A stretch of 64,000 bases of DNA, from assembly GCA_963776275.1 (NCBI GenBank), contig CAVZMI010000003.1, forward strand, positions 1-64,000, given 5' to 3'. Below are positions 41,001 to 52,912 of the stretch, piece by piece (position 1 is the first letter of the stretch; each line of letters begins with the position of its first letter). A model generated the notes under the pieces. The model searched no databases, had not been told where the DNA came from, and saw nothing but the letters and a program-made list of their open reading frames with translations. The translations under genes were made by a program, and so were the position numbers. This stretch comes from Ignavibacteriota bacterium (GTDB lineage Bacteria > Bacteroidota > Ignavibacteria > UBA10030 > CAVZMI01).

Positions 41001-41465
41001 TCACGAGCGGCGTCGGAAAATCATTGTCAGACCGATGAGGATCAGGAGAACAGGCCAGTATTCCCCTTTGTCATATATTACAAGGAAGAATACTCCTGCA
41101 ATTCCAGTCAGGATGAAAGCGGGTATCAGAAGTCCGGTATCATGCGGGCCAAAAACGTACATTGCAAAGAAACCGATTCCCGGTGCAGCGATGAACAGTG
41201 GCCAGAGAGTGTTCATGTATTCCCATCCAAGCCATGCACATACGGTAAATATCACTCCGATGACGATAAGAATGCTGGCCGGCATGAGCACGCCGAAATT
41301 TTTTCGGTCACGGGCGTAGAGTACAATAAATCCAATCCCGCCGATGATCATTACCAGGGGCCAGAGATGTCTCCAGCCTAATTCAGTCGCATTTAAAATC
41401 AGGAATATTATTCCCAGGAAAATGAGGATGATTCCTGCAGTTCTTGACTCTTTTGAGGCAGCCAT
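41001..41465 (-). CDS. LiaF/DUF5668-like membrane protein
   Basis: GIILIFLGIIFL..N and three WP(L/V)..I..G repeats. Confidence 0.7.
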   Translation of the reverse strand: MAASKESRTAGIILIFLGIIFLILNATELGWRHLWPLVMIIGGIGFIVLYARDRKNFGVLMPASILIVIGVIFTVCAWLGWEYMNTLWPLFIAAPGIGFFAMYVFGPHDTGLLIPAFILTGIAGVFFLVIYDKGEYWPVLLILIGLTMIFRRRS

Positions 41466-41490
41466 AACGGGCCTTTCGGTGTCTACAGAA

Positions 41491-41835
41491 TTATTGGGAG
41501 AAGCATGCAAGCGCCTCGTTTTGATCCTTATACACTTCGAATATCAGCGCAAGTTTTGTAATTATGAAAATGCTGTTAATTTGTTTTTCAACATTACAAA
41601 GAACAACGCGGCTGTTTCGTTTCGTGTAGTTCACGTGAGTCGACGTCAGCAGTCCGAGTGCGGTACTGTTGATGTAATGAACTTTTCCAAGATCGATCAC
41701 AAGCTTTGTATTTCCCTGGGTCACAGCATCGTTGATGGCATTTCGCAGCTCATCGGTTTCGGTTCCGCCGATTAGTTCCCCTTTCGGTTCGATGACGATA
41801 ATTCCCCCCTCCTCAAATCGTGTCACTTTTGTCAT
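41491..41835 (-). CDS. STAS-domain anti-sigma factor antagonist
   Basis: IDLGKVHYINSTALG...IFIITKL; strong AGGAGG RBS. Confidence 0.9.
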   Translation of the reverse strand: MTKVTRFEEGGIIVIEPKGELIGGTETDELRNAINDAVTQGNTKLVIDLGKVHYINSTALGLLTSTHVNYTKRNSRVVLCNVEKQINSIFIITKLALIFEVYKDQNEALACFSQ

Positions 41836-42017
41836 ACTCTTTCCCTCCTCCTGTGAGACGCATTCGGTTCATCTGTCTCACGTTTATAATAACGTTTCTT
41901 TTCTTCGTATAAATATATACGAGTTGTTGCCTCACGAGTTACGTATTATTTCCCCTATACCTTTCTTGGTTTGTTAATCCTGGTACAAATCATCATTACA
42001 AAAATGTTGAGGGTTTT

Positions 42018-42287
42018 TTACAGGACCTTTTGAATTCCACGCTCTTTCAGTTTTTGCAGGATTATTGCATTTACTTCTGTTTTGGTGATGAGCAGCCGGG
42101 ATCGGGCAATGCGAATCGCTTCTTCCAGATTTGGAATTTTTCCTGCAAGGAACTGCCACACATGGTATCCGAGACGAGCACGATCGTTCGGTTCACGAAC
42201 TGGAATCGTTTCAACAGATGCATAGGCAATTTTCTCGAGGGCGTGGTCGGGAAATCCCACAACAGCTGAATGGTGTCGTGTTGTCAA
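42018..42287 (-). CDS. Small hypothetical protein
   Basis: 89 aa ORF (TTG start after AGGA) with helical, protein-like composition, co-oriented with flanking genes. Confidence 0.55.
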   Translation of the reverse strand: MTTRHHSAVVGFPDHALEKIAYASVETIPVREPNDRARLGYHVWQFLAGKIPNLEEAIRIARSRLLITKTEVNAIILQKLKERGIQKVL

Positions 42288-42366
42288 TGTAAAGGATTCC
42301 TGCTGATAAAAACAGCTTAAAAATTACAAGTGAAATGAAACCTGTGAAAGAGGAATTCGTTCACGT

Positions 42367-45300
42367 TTAAAAATCTGCTCCCAGCGATATATAGTAACGT
42401 GGTTCATAAAATCCCCGGATATCATACCGCCAGGCGACATCAATCCGAACAAGGAATCCCAGGAAGAACACGCGAACCCCTGTGCCTGTCCCCATCAGAA
42501 TGTCACGCGCGTAAGCGTTTCCTTCGGCGTCGCGGTCGACTCCTTTAAAGTCGCTGTTATGTGTCCATGCAGATCCGATATCCGCAAAGAGTACACCGGT
42601 GACATTCTGAAATGCAAAAGGAAGAACGCCTGGTATAAAATATCGAATAAACGGGAAACGCAGCTCAAGATTCATGAGAGCCGCTTTCGTCCCAAGCTGT
42701 GCGGCATAATCAAAACCGCGGAGCGGCAGCACCGGTGTCAGGAATACAAAATCTTCCGCATCCTGGATGGGGATTCCGCTATATCCGAACGACCGGTTGA
42801 TCCAATTCTCGGTGCCTCCGATAAAATACCGCTGCGGTTTCGAGCCGAAGCTTGTTCCGCCAAAGCCGCGCATCACGAATGTAAAATCCTTCCCAAGCCT
42901 GATATATTTTCGGTAGTCTGCGTCGATTTTCATAAACTCGATGCCGTTTGAAAAAACCCGTGGGCTTGCCATAAAAGTCAGTGAATAACGCTCGCCGTTG
43001 TTCGGTCCGGTGTATCCCCACAGTGTATTATCGTGCGTATAGCCGATGACAGGGAGTAGGAGAGAACGTTCCTGTGAATTGTATCCGGAGTAATCTAGAT
43101 TTTCTTTCAGAATTGTGTACCATGCAAGTTCAAGATCGATCCTGTTGAATTTATCAATCGGATAGGAAGCAGAGAAAATGCCGCCATACGTTCTGAACCG
43201 GTAGAGATATGCCGTTCCATCCGGGTCATCGATATACAGAAAGCGTGCGCTGTGGAAACCTTGAATTCCGAGATCAATGCGGTTGGGTAAATAATAATAT
43301 GCCAGATAGTAATCGCTGTTCTTGAGATCGATATTCAGGTTTGTCGCAAAGTATATCTGGTGGTCGCCCAGCATATCGCTGAACAACATTTGCGTCGTTC
43401 CCTCAACGCCGAAGAATGTGCTGAAACCTGCATTCCCGTATATGATATCAGGTGAAAAGTTCAGTTTGTACTTATTCACCTTATAGTGTCCACTGGAATC
43501 GATATTATTTGATATATTGAAAACGTCATATCGCGTTGGAGTTTTCCGCTTGGTGGTGTCGAATGCGAATCTCTCGGCAAACACATAGTTTTTGAAATCT
43601 ATGCGGATATTCTTGCCGTACACCTGAGCGAGCGAGTCGCTCTTTGCTTTTTGTGCTGTGCTATCGTTCGGTGTTGATGGCGGAATATTCTGGGTCGAGT
43701 CAACAGCTCCCCGCTTGAGCCATTCGGTCAGCTCAAGTTTCTGAATTTTCAGATCTCTCTCGAACGGAGTCTTCATCAAATAAATATCGAACCCGGCTTC
43801 GGCCAGCGAGGCAAACACGAGTTTATTTCCATCGTGTGACAACGAAAGCTGGTAAATTCCGCTTAATGAATTTGTTACGGGTCGTTCCTTTCCCGATGCA
43901 ATGTCTTTTTCATAGATATTATTAATCCCGTTTCGATTGGAAATAAAGAGTATCTTTTTCCCGTCGGATGATACAACGGTAGAAGTCTCGTCGGCATCAG
44001 TTGTTGTTGTGACACGGGTGATGATACCTGTCTCGACATTGATGTTGTAAATATTTATCTGACTGTGGGTGAAGTCCTGTATGCGGAAATCTGCCGGGAT
44101 GCTTTGCCCGTCGAGGTACTCGCCTCGTTCGGAAGAAAAATAGATACTTTTTCCGTCGGGTGCCCAGACAGGATCGAGGTCGGTAAAAATATCATCAGTC
44201 AGGTTCTTCATCTGATGGGTCGTGAGGTCGTATATATAGATATCCGATCGGTCGCTGGTATTTCCGACAAAGGCTAATTGATCGCCTCTCGGAGACCAGT
44301 CGACTGTGAACACGCCGTCGAGGGGGATTGAAATTTTTTCCTCATCACCACTTTCGACGTCGACAAGAAAAATCGCATCGTGTTCTCCTGCTTTCGTTGC
44401 AAGGGCGATCCGTTTTCCATCGGGAGACCAGGTTAGCCCCGGTGTAAGGAGATGGAGCTCCTCAAAATTCTTTGTCCGCTGTCCGCTCACAACTTTATTA
44501 AGAATTTCGCCGTCGAGAGCCGACATCAGATAAATGTCAAAATAATCGGCGCGGTCGGAGAGAAACACGATCTTATCACCCTGCGGGGAGATTGCCGGAC
44601 TGGTGTTGTAAAAATTGCCCCCTTTCACATGATTTGTCAACCGCTTGGCGAAGCTTGCGGGCTCCTCGCGTTTGGCAATATCAGGCCAGTACATGACCTT
44701 CTGTTCTTTCTGCCAGCGTTCGTTAAGTTCTTCGAGACTCAAACCGAGAGTCCCCTTCATTCCCTGTTCGACGCTTTTTGTTGCCCGTATGTGGTTGAGA
44801 ATTTCTCCGATTTTTTGCTCGCCGTACTTGTTAGCGATATACCACCATATCGATTGCCCTCCACGATATGCAAAATAACCGCCGAGATATTGGATCGGGG
44901 GAATGTATTGGTGGATTGTCGCATCGCGCATGAACATGTCCGAGTTCGTTTCCCACCTGCTCGATTCATATTCCGCAAGACCCTCGTTAAACCACATCGG
45001 CAGCTGCAGGCGGATGTTATTCGTGATGATCGATTGTATTGAACCGCCGTAGAACATATCATTGATCACGGCATGAACAAGCTCGTGGTGGATTACATGA
45101 CGGAATTGCGGATAATTCCCCTCGAAAGGAACGACAACACGATTCTTAAAGAGTTCGGTAACGCCGCCAATCCCTTCTTCCAGATAATCGGAAACGACAT
45201 TGGTCTGCTGCCAGTCGTTGTGTGAATTGTAAACGATGATGGGAATACGGTTGTTTATCTGGTAGCGGAATTCTTTGCTGATGGAACTTAGCGCATTTTC

Positions 45301-45495
45301 CGCGACGTTGGCAACATATCGGGCGAGATATTCACCGTCCTGCGTAAAGTAAATGTCAAAATGCGTCGATTGTATGAACGAATATTCAAATTTTTTATAT
45401 TGGACCTTATTCTTCCCGAATTGTGCCGTAAGGAGCGAGGGAAAAACTATCAACAGTAGAAAAAATAAACTCCGAAAAATTATGTCTCTTTTCAT
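42367..45495 (-). CDS. Omp85/BamA-TamA-family protein with N-terminal zinc peptidase (MA-like) and PD40/TolB-like propeller
   Basis: Signal peptide + QFGKNKVQY; HELVH...WFNEGLAEY; SPQG/WSPDG/WSPRG/WAPDG repeats; LRGF, ELRFP and C-terminal SLGADF. Confidence 0.85.
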   Translation of the reverse strand: MKRDIIFRSLFFLLLIVFPSLLTAQFGKNKVQYKKFEYSFIQSTHFDIYFTQDGEYLARYVANVAENALSSISKEFRYQINNRIPIIVYNSHNDWQQTNVVSDYLEEGIGGVTELFKNRVVVPFEGNYPQFRHVIHHELVHAVINDMFYGGSIQSIITNNIRLQLPMWFNEGLAEYESSRWETNSDMFMRDATIHQYIPPIQYLGGYFAYRGGQSIWWYIANKYGEQKIGEILNHIRATKSVEQGMKGTLGLSLEELNERWQKEQKVMYWPDIAKREEPASFAKRLTNHVKGGNFYNTSPAISPQGDKIVFLSDRADYFDIYLMSALDGEILNKVVSGQRTKNFEELHLLTPGLTWSPDGKRIALATKAGEHDAIFLVDVESGDEEKISIPLDGVFTVDWSPRGDQLAFVGNTSDRSDIYIYDLTTHQMKNLTDDIFTDLDPVWAPDGKSIYFSSERGEYLDGQSIPADFRIQDFTHSQINIYNINVETGIITRVTTTTDADETSTVVSSDGKKILFISNRNGINNIYEKDIASGKERPVTNSLSGIYQLSLSHDGNKLVFASLAEAGFDIYLMKTPFERDLKIQKLELTEWLKRGAVDSTQNIPPSTPNDSTAQKAKSDSLAQVYGKNIRIDFKNYVFAERFAFDTTKRKTPTRYDVFNISNNIDSSGHYKVNKYKLNFSPDIIYGNAGFSTFFGVEGTTQMLFSDMLGDHQIYFATNLNIDLKNSDYYLAYYYLPNRIDLGIQGFHSARFLYIDDPDGTAYLYRFRTYGGIFSASYPIDKFNRIDLELAWYTILKENLDYSGYNSQERSLLLPVIGYTHDNTLWGYTGPNNGERYSLTFMASPRVFSNGIEFMKIDADYRKYIRLGKDFTFVMRGFGGTSFGSKPQRYFIGGTENWINRSFGYSGIPIQDAEDFVFLTPVLPLRGFDYAAQLGTKAALMNLELRFPFIRYFIPGVLPFAFQNVTGVLFADIGSAWTHNSDFKGVDRDAEGNAYARDILMGTGTGVRVFFLGFLVRIDVAWRYDIRGFYEPRYYISLGADF

Positions 45496-45712
45496 TGAAG
45501 TCCCTTTAAAATTATACCTTCCCACAGGGTTTATTCTATTGAATTTCTTCGCGAAAAGCAATGTTACAGACCAAAGCCAATAAAGGTTTTGAGACTCTTT
45601 TTCATATGTTTAGACACATAAACAAACAACTAGTTTGATAATACGGAAGTTCTTCTGTCGGGAAAGCCGTTTGTTTAGCAAAAGCTGGAATTCCATGTAA
45701 ATGCCGGGTTAT

Positions 45713-45736
45713 TCCAACTGAATAATTCCAGTTGGA
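45713..45736. terminator. Hairpin just downstream of rnr
   Basis: TCCAACTG...CAGTTGGA stem. Confidence 0.45.
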
Positions 45737-45742
45737 GAGGGA

Positions 45743-47869
45743 TTAGCTTACGAGGGTAAAATCGACCTCCCGATTCTCGATACTAACGCTTATAACCTGC
45801 ACCTTCACCTTATCGCCGATTCTATATCGCTTTCCTGTATTACGGCCGATCAAAGCGTATTTTTTTTCATCATACATGTAATAATCGTCTTCCATGTCCC
45901 GTACCCGGACCATTCCTTCAATAAGAAAGTCGTTAATTTCAACAAAAATACCAAAATTCGACACCCCTGACACTATTCCATGGAGTTCATCTCCAATATG
46001 ACGATCCATATATTCTACTTGTTTGATCTTGACCGATTCCCTCTCGGCGTCGGTTGCTTTCCGCTCGGTCTCGGAGCACTGCAGACAGACATTCGGAAGG
46101 ATATTTGTAAAATGCGTACGTCGTTCCGCAGACATCCCCACCGCGTATTCCTGAAGAAGTCGGTGGATAAAAAGGTCGGGATACCGGCGAATCGGTGAAG
46201 TAAATTGAGAATAATGCCTGAATCCTAATCCGAAATGACCGATGTTCTTTTCCGAATAGATTGCTTTTGCCATCGATCGAATGGCCACATCATTTATCAC
46301 ATACTCTTCTTCTGTCCCTTTAACGGCTTCCAGTAATTTTTGCAGATCCTTTGCTTGAAGATGGTCGGGATTGAGTCTATAACCGAAATTTGCGACGAAT
46401 GTTGCGAGATCTTTCAACTTTCCGGGATCGGGAACATCATGCACGCGATAAATGAACGGATTTTGATTTTCGTTACTCCTTGAAGCGCCGATATGACGGG
46501 CCACTGTTTTATTTGCCAGCAGCATGAACTCTTCAATCAACCGATGTGAATCGAGTCGGGTTTTCTTAATAATTTCCACCGGGTATCCGTCTTCATCGAA
46601 TCTGAACTGAGCTTCGGGCGTTTCGAAATCGATGCTTCCTTCTCGCATCCGTTTTTTCGTCAGCATTGTACTGAGCCGATGCATTGCGAGGATTGTGTCG
46701 TCAAATTCACCCTTACCCTGATCGATGATCTTTTGGACTTCTTCATATGTAAACCGCCGTTTGCTGGAAATTATCGATTTCACGATTTCATATTCCTGAA
46801 CGGTTCCGCGGGGAGTGATATTCATAAATACGGAGTAAGTGAGTCGGTCTTTATGCGGCTGTAAACTGCACAGATCGTTCGACAGATGTTCCGGAAGCAT
46901 CGGGATAACGCTGTTGGCTAGATATACGCTGGTTCCCCGCCGAAGCGCTTCGGCGTCGAGTACGGAACCTTCGCGGACGTAATACCCGACATCGGCAATA
47001 TGAACGCCAAGGCGCGCAGTTCCATCTGGAAGATGTTCAAGGGAAACAGCGTCATCGAAATCGCGTGCGTTTTCCGGATCGATCGTAAAGCAGAGAAGCG
47101 GCCGGCAATCTTTTCTGCCTGCTAGTTCGTCTCTGGGAATAACGGCGGAAAAATTTTGCGATTCGCGTATGACATCGCGCGGGAATTCCGTCCTAAGATC
47201 AAACGCCCGGGCCACCGATAGAAGTTCTGCTGAGGGGTCGCCTGCTCTGCCCAGAATTTCAATGACCCGGCCTTCAGGATTCAAATGCTCCGATTCCCAT
47301 GGCTCGAGTTGTATGACAACCTTGTCACCGTTTTTTGCACCACCGAGAGATTGACGAGAAATATAAATGTCCCGCCGTACACGGGCGTCGTCGGGGATCA
47401 CAAAAAAGAAATTCCGTGTCTTGGTAAGTTTTCCGACAACTGTTGTGCGGGCACGATGGAGTATCCGGATGATTTCGCCTTCTTCCCGCCGTTCGGTTTG
47501 AGGAAGCTTTCCCCCTTTTTTGGGCATTGATACTGCAAACAGCGAGACTACGACGGTATCGCCGTCAAGCGCTGTTCCCATAAACCGCTGGCTGACGAAT
47601 GCCTCTTCTCCATTATCATCAAGAACAAAACCGAACCCCTGTTTCGTTACTCTTAGTGTTCCTGTAATCGTACTTTTTTTCTTCACTGCAGTGTATCGCC
47701 GCCCCTTTAGCCTTTGGATTTCTTCTGCATCGCTCATGGAGTGAAGAAGAGTACGGAAATTGCGGTAGTCGTCTTCATCGCGAATCGAGAGACGTCGTGC
47801 AAGCTCTTTGGATTTAAAGGACTCATTTGGATGATGGGCAAAAAAATCAAGTATCCGTTGTTTTAGCAT
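45743..47869 (-). CDS. rnr: Ribonuclease R
   Basis: N-terminal HTH and CSDs; TIDPENARDFDDAVS, IEEFMLLAN and FTSPIRRYPDL; C-terminal S1 domain. Confidence 0.96.
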   Translation of the reverse strand: MLKQRILDFFAHHPNESFKSKELARRLSIRDEDDYRNFRTLLHSMSDAEEIQRLKGRRYTAVKKKSTITGTLRVTKQGFGFVLDDNGEEAFVSQRFMGTALDGDTVVVSLFAVSMPKKGGKLPQTERREEGEIIRILHRARTTVVGKLTKTRNFFFVIPDDARVRRDIYISRQSLGGAKNGDKVVIQLEPWESEHLNPEGRVIEILGRAGDPSAELLSVARAFDLRTEFPRDVIRESQNFSAVIPRDELAGRKDCRPLLCFTIDPENARDFDDAVSLEHLPDGTARLGVHIADVGYYVREGSVLDAEALRRGTSVYLANSVIPMLPEHLSNDLCSLQPHKDRLTYSVFMNITPRGTVQEYEIVKSIISSKRRFTYEEVQKIIDQGKGEFDDTILAMHRLSTMLTKKRMREGSIDFETPEAQFRFDEDGYPVEIIKKTRLDSHRLIEEFMLLANKTVARHIGASRSNENQNPFIYRVHDVPDPGKLKDLATFVANFGYRLNPDHLQAKDLQKLLEAVKGTEEEYVINDVAIRSMAKAIYSEKNIGHFGLGFRHYSQFTSPIRRYPDLFIHRLLQEYAVGMSAERRTHFTNILPNVCLQCSETERKATDAERESVKIKQVEYMDRHIGDELHGIVSGVSNFGIFVEINDFLIEGMVRVRDMEDDYYMYDEKKYALIGRNTGKRYRIGDKVKVQVISVSIENREVDFTLVS

Positions 47870-47888
47870 AGGGATATTGTGGGAAAAT

Positions 47889-50800
47889 CTAAAATGTGAA
47901 TCGGTAGAACAGACGAAGATTGTTCGTCAATTCCCGTTTCGTTGAGATTGTGGCATTCTGTGTTTCGAGCCGGCGCTCAAATTCAAGAACCAGGTTGATA
48001 AGCTGGTTCACACTGATCACCCTGCCGACAGGGATTTCGACACTGACGTTCCCGTTACCAAAATCGGTGATCCGGCCACTGTATCGCCATACACTTGCTC
48101 CAACACTGGCAATCACACGCAGTTCGGGTTGTGTGAAACTCTCGGATCCAAATGACACCTCGGCAGATTGGATGGCCGAGCTGAAATTATTTCTGAGAAA
48201 TTCAGTAACCGGGCCCGCCAGAACCGATGACGAGATCCCGGATAGTAACGAGCTATACGATTGAGGGGTGATGCCCCCGGAACGCTTTCGCGCGATCCTG
48301 TGGAGTCAGATCCTCGGCAAACTGTCCGTTCGTCAGTATGAACATACATGCATCATTCTGAACGTCTCCCTGGCGGCGTACACCATTTTCCGTCAAATCA
48401 AATTCAACGTGCGGTGCCTGACGGGTTCCTGAAATTTTTAAGGTGACCACGACCCACTTCCCTGCTACTGTGGTATCCAGCGATTTTCGTTCTCCGGAGA
48501 AACTGGCTTCGAAATCGAGTGTCGGATTATCGAATGGTCCGTGTAAATATCAGCTTCCCGCTTGCGATAAAGTCTTTGATGAACCGGTATCTCGATTGAT
48601 TACCAACTTCAATCTCACCTACAAATTTTGGCACACCTTCGGATTTCTGCACTGTGATTTCACCGCTGAGATTGGCGGATAATTCTTCTACCGGAGTAAA
48701 CATCATTGTAATCGAAACCTGGCCTGCTGTTTGAATGCGGAGGTCGTAATCAATTCCCTGTAAAAATGCTGATTGCTGTTCGATATCCCGCACCCGTTCG
48801 ACTGAAGTATTAGATTGCTGATGAAGCGCGGCGTAGTACAGCGAATCTGTCAGATCGTGTATTATAGTGAGTGTATCATCGGTATAAATGATACCGACAA
48901 GATTCTCCGATGCACCGTATGAAAGCTGTTCACGCGCGGGCGGGAATGTCAGTAGTGCATTTCGCAACTCGATCGACCCACTGAGGAGCGATTTTGCAGG
49001 TGTCCCCGTAAAATGAAGACCTTCATCGCCGATCTGGGCGAACAGAATACCGTAGACACTGCTCATTGCCTGGTGTGATTTCTCGCTAAGAATTTGCAGT
49101 GCGCCAAAGGCTGTCAGATTAAATGAATCGATCATAAGACCGCGAAGGTGAACCGACCCCATGACCGATACAAGTCCGTCAGCCCGGTCGGTGAAATCGT
49201 TATTGAGCGTTAATTGAGATATGGTGATGCTGTCTCCCTGTGGTTCAAATTTTCCGTACATCCAGTATCTCATATTGTTCGGGATAAACAATGCTTGCAC
49301 TGAATCCACAGTGATGGAGCCAGTATAGAAAGGCTTGGATGCAGTTCCCCCGATGTGAAGTGTACAATTAAGTTTACCGGAAAGTTGATCGAACGTCGGT
49401 ATAAAAGGATCGATGAGATCGAGCCGGAAATCTTTTGAGGTAACATCGAGGTTAAACTCCCCTGATGAATACCGATCGGCGACGGAGGTCAGGGCCAGGT
49501 TCAGAGGAATTGTCCCGTGAATGGAAAAATCGGCCCTCTGTGTTTCCTTTGATCCGACAGCGCCTTGGAATGAAGCGTCGACCGTCGTTACGCCTTCATT
49601 ATGTCCGAGCGTTCCCTCGAATGTACCAAGCTTCACTTCGCCGTATGTAAGATTTGTAGCGCGAGCGCTTGCCGAGATAACCGGTTTTTCCAGTGTTCCA
49701 GTAACTGTTGCAGTTGCATTGATAAAACCTGAAAAGCTCCGTGTGTCGTTTTGTGATCCATTGGTAAAGAAATATCTTATATTCAACAGGTTTAAGTTAT
49801 CAAGAGTAAGCGAAGCGTTGATCGTGCCGCCCGCCCGTAGTGATCCCTCAAGTGCAATCGTTTCGTTTCCGTGAACAAGTTTCAATTTCGGTATGGTCAG
49901 ACTCGCGGTATCGAAGGGAATCGAGATTGTTGATGGAAGTTCCCAATCGTATCCCCGGTACTGTGTAATAAGGTTTTCGATTGTGAGCATATACGGTACA
50001 GCTGCTATTGCCAGCCGCCCATCGATATCGATTGTTACGATTGAGTCGATCGTCCCTCGAAGTGAAAATGTTCCGGCTTGTTTCCGGTATTGGATATTCG
50101 CGCGGGCGTTTGTAAATCTCATTGAGCCGAGGTAGAAGTCGCTGGCCGACATCTGCAGTCGTACTCTCATTGAATCAACGGCATTGGTTGGCGTGATATG
50201 GTCGATTTCGAATGATACGATTCCTTTATTCAATAAATATTGATGACGTGAATCGTTGTACACTACGTTCTCGACCTGATAGTCGCCTCCTACGAGCATG
50301 TCCGAAGTCGTTCCGGTCAGGAAACCTTTAAATGTTCCACGAGCTGCACAGGTAGAACGTAAAAATAGTGCGACGGGAGAAAGGTCTTTCAACTTTACCT
50401 CATAATCCATATTCACCATTTCGTTCTGACGGAGAACGGACGGTAAGCGGTGTGCAGATTTTCGACGAGCCGTCGGATGACTGGAAAGAAGAGTCTGAAT
50501 GCCGATTGTAGAATCGGAAAGGAAAATCTTTGCGGCGATGGCATCGCTGACGCGCTGGAGCTGTTCGACAATGATACTCCCGATTTTGCTTATTGTAAAT
50601 TGACCGCGCATTGTCGCATCGGCGATATTCGAACTGAGTGTAATCGTTTTATTACGTGGATCATGCTGATTAAGTTCCAGTGTAATTGTCCGTCCTTCAA
50701 TCGGTTTCTCCCGTACCGAAGAGGGCATTACAATAAGGTCAAGCCGACCGGTTGCATCGTCTAACGATGTCCCCGATCCCCGGGCGTGCGTGATAAAATG

Positions 50801-52408
50801 GATGGAACTTTCATATTTCTCGTCGTGTAAAAATTCGGCGGCATTAACATTTGCACACTCAACGTCGAGTGTATACGCATTAAGGTCTTCCTCGCCGGTG
50901 ATGAGCGAGGCGATTGCAGTGATCCGGGTGCTCCCGATCGATCCGGATATGGAGGATTCGAGCGTGCTTGGTTTTGCATCCACTGACAGGTGCGTACGGT
51001 TGACCGGAAGGTGGAACAGCATCGATGAATCAATATCGGCGGTCGCTGTAGTTGTTAATTCATCGATACGGAATCCCGAGCCGCTGACCGATGACGTTAC
51101 GGAAAGCTGTCCGTCGAGCGATGGAATTCCGAAGATCTTTCCGATGTTTGCATTATGTGTCTTCAGCGACAAGGAATATTTTGTCGGCATTGTGCGAAGA
51201 TCCATCGCGAGTTCTGCATATGCCGATCCCGCATCAACAGTTGTGCACTGAACCGAACTTCGGAAATTAAGCGGTTCACCGTGATATTCAACAGCAAATT
51301 TAACAGGGCCTAGATGACCGTAATCCGGGATTTCGAAAGGCGGAAGAAGATCGACGACTTCTGTGGGATTTATGACACATTTGTCTAGTTGTGCATCGAT
51401 GAATAATGCCGCGGGGCGATGAAGATTGCGAAGTCGTCCCTGCCCCCCCACGTATGATGCCCCAAAGGACACTTCCATGGAATCAATGGAAATATCTCCA
51501 AATTGACCGCTCAACGAAGTTTCAACGGCTCCGGTGCCTTCCAGGAATGAGAGTGAAGGTAGGAATTTCTTCAGTTCGGCAAAATCTACTCGCCGTGCAT
51601 TACATTTTAGCTTCACCGGCGTATGTTCGAGTGATTCCATGTTTGCCAGACGCAGGATGTTCACCTTCTGCAGCGATGCACTGCATTCAACCGATGTTTC
51701 TTTGGTTTGAATCGTAAGATTCTGTATCTCTGCACGGGTCGTGTCGATGTGAAAAATTCCGGTAACTTTTTTTAATACTATTCCATTCCGGGGAAGAGAG
51801 CAATTGATATCCTGAATCTGAGCTTCGAGCATTTGTGCGGAAAAAACGCCGGAGAGCTTGATTCCCAGGTATTCAAGAGTGAGGTGGCTGTAGTCGATCC
51901 TTTGTTCGACAAGAGAGTCTGTCGCCGGCAATGACGTTGAGTCATAGAAAGCGAGGGTACCGTCGATAATTTCGAGGTTCTTAATTTCGATCGTCTGCTG
52001 GAACGGCCCTGCCGGTTTTGTTTTCTTCTTTGCGAGACGATCGATATTCCAGACGCCGTCGCGCCCGCGCAGAATCTGAATTTTTGGCCTGGAAATAATC
52101 ACATTGCCTGCAGAGATTTTTCGATCGATGAGCTTCAGCGGGTTATAACGGAGTTCTATTTTTTCGGTGCTGATAAATGTCACACCGTCGACAACGAGCG
52201 AAACGCTGTCGATGGTCAGACCCGTGAAAATATTTCCATGAAATGCACCGAGCGTGAGCCGGCCGTTCAGCTCGTCGTTGGCAGTGGAAAGGAGAAAGGA
52301 TCGAAGTAATTGACGGAATACCGATGTTTGCGTAAAACCAAATGTCAGGAGGGAGAGTAGCAAAACGCCCCCCAGCGTGTACAGCAATATTTTCCGGAAC
52401 TTCTTCAC
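47889..52408 (-). CDS. TamB/AsmA-like translocation and assembly module protein (frameshifts near 48540 and 48270)
   Basis: N-terminal TM anchor and a long beta-taco region. C-terminal fragments in other frames end ...RLFYRFTF. Confidence 0.8.
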
Positions 52409-52432
52409 GATGCCTCAACCTGAAGAGGTCGG

Positions 52433-52912
52433 TCAGCAGTAGCGTTCGATGATTCGCTGAACGATATTTGTCGTTGAACGATCTGCAACGAATGGAATTG
52501 TGAGGACACGCCCTCCGGCGGCTTCTACAATGTCTTTTCCGACCACCTTGTCAATCGACCAGTCGGCTCCTTTCACGAGTATATCAGGGACGATTGTTGA
52601 AATTAATTCGTATGGAGTATCCTCGTCGAATATGCCGACGTAATCGACCGATTGGAGATTTGATAGAACGAATATCCGATCGTTCTGTGGGACGATCGGC
52701 CGCTTTTCCCCTTTAATCCGTCGTGTCGATTCATCGCTGTTGACGCCGACGAAGAGTCTATCTCCTAAAAGTTGGGCCTGGTTGAGATACTCTATATGAC
52801 CGCGATGAAGAATATCGAACACGCCGTTGGTGAACACCAATCGTTTTCCTTCGCGCCGTAATTCAGCCCGGAGAGGAAGAAATTCCCTGACCGTCACAAC
52901 CTGTCCCATCAT
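52433..52912 (-). CDS. rfaE2: D-glycero-beta-D-manno-heptose 1-phosphate adenylyltransferase
   Basis: FTNGVFDILHRGH, GVNSDES, KG..RP, LVKGADW and STT motifs. Confidence 0.93.
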   Translation of the reverse strand: MMGQVVTVREFLPLRAELRREGKRLVFTNGVFDILHRGHIEYLNQAQLLGDRLFVGVNSDESTRRIKGEKRPIVPQNDRIFVLSNLQSVDYVGIFDEDTPYELISTIVPDILVKGADWSIDKVVGKDIVEAAGGRVLTIPFVADRSTTNIVQRIIERYC

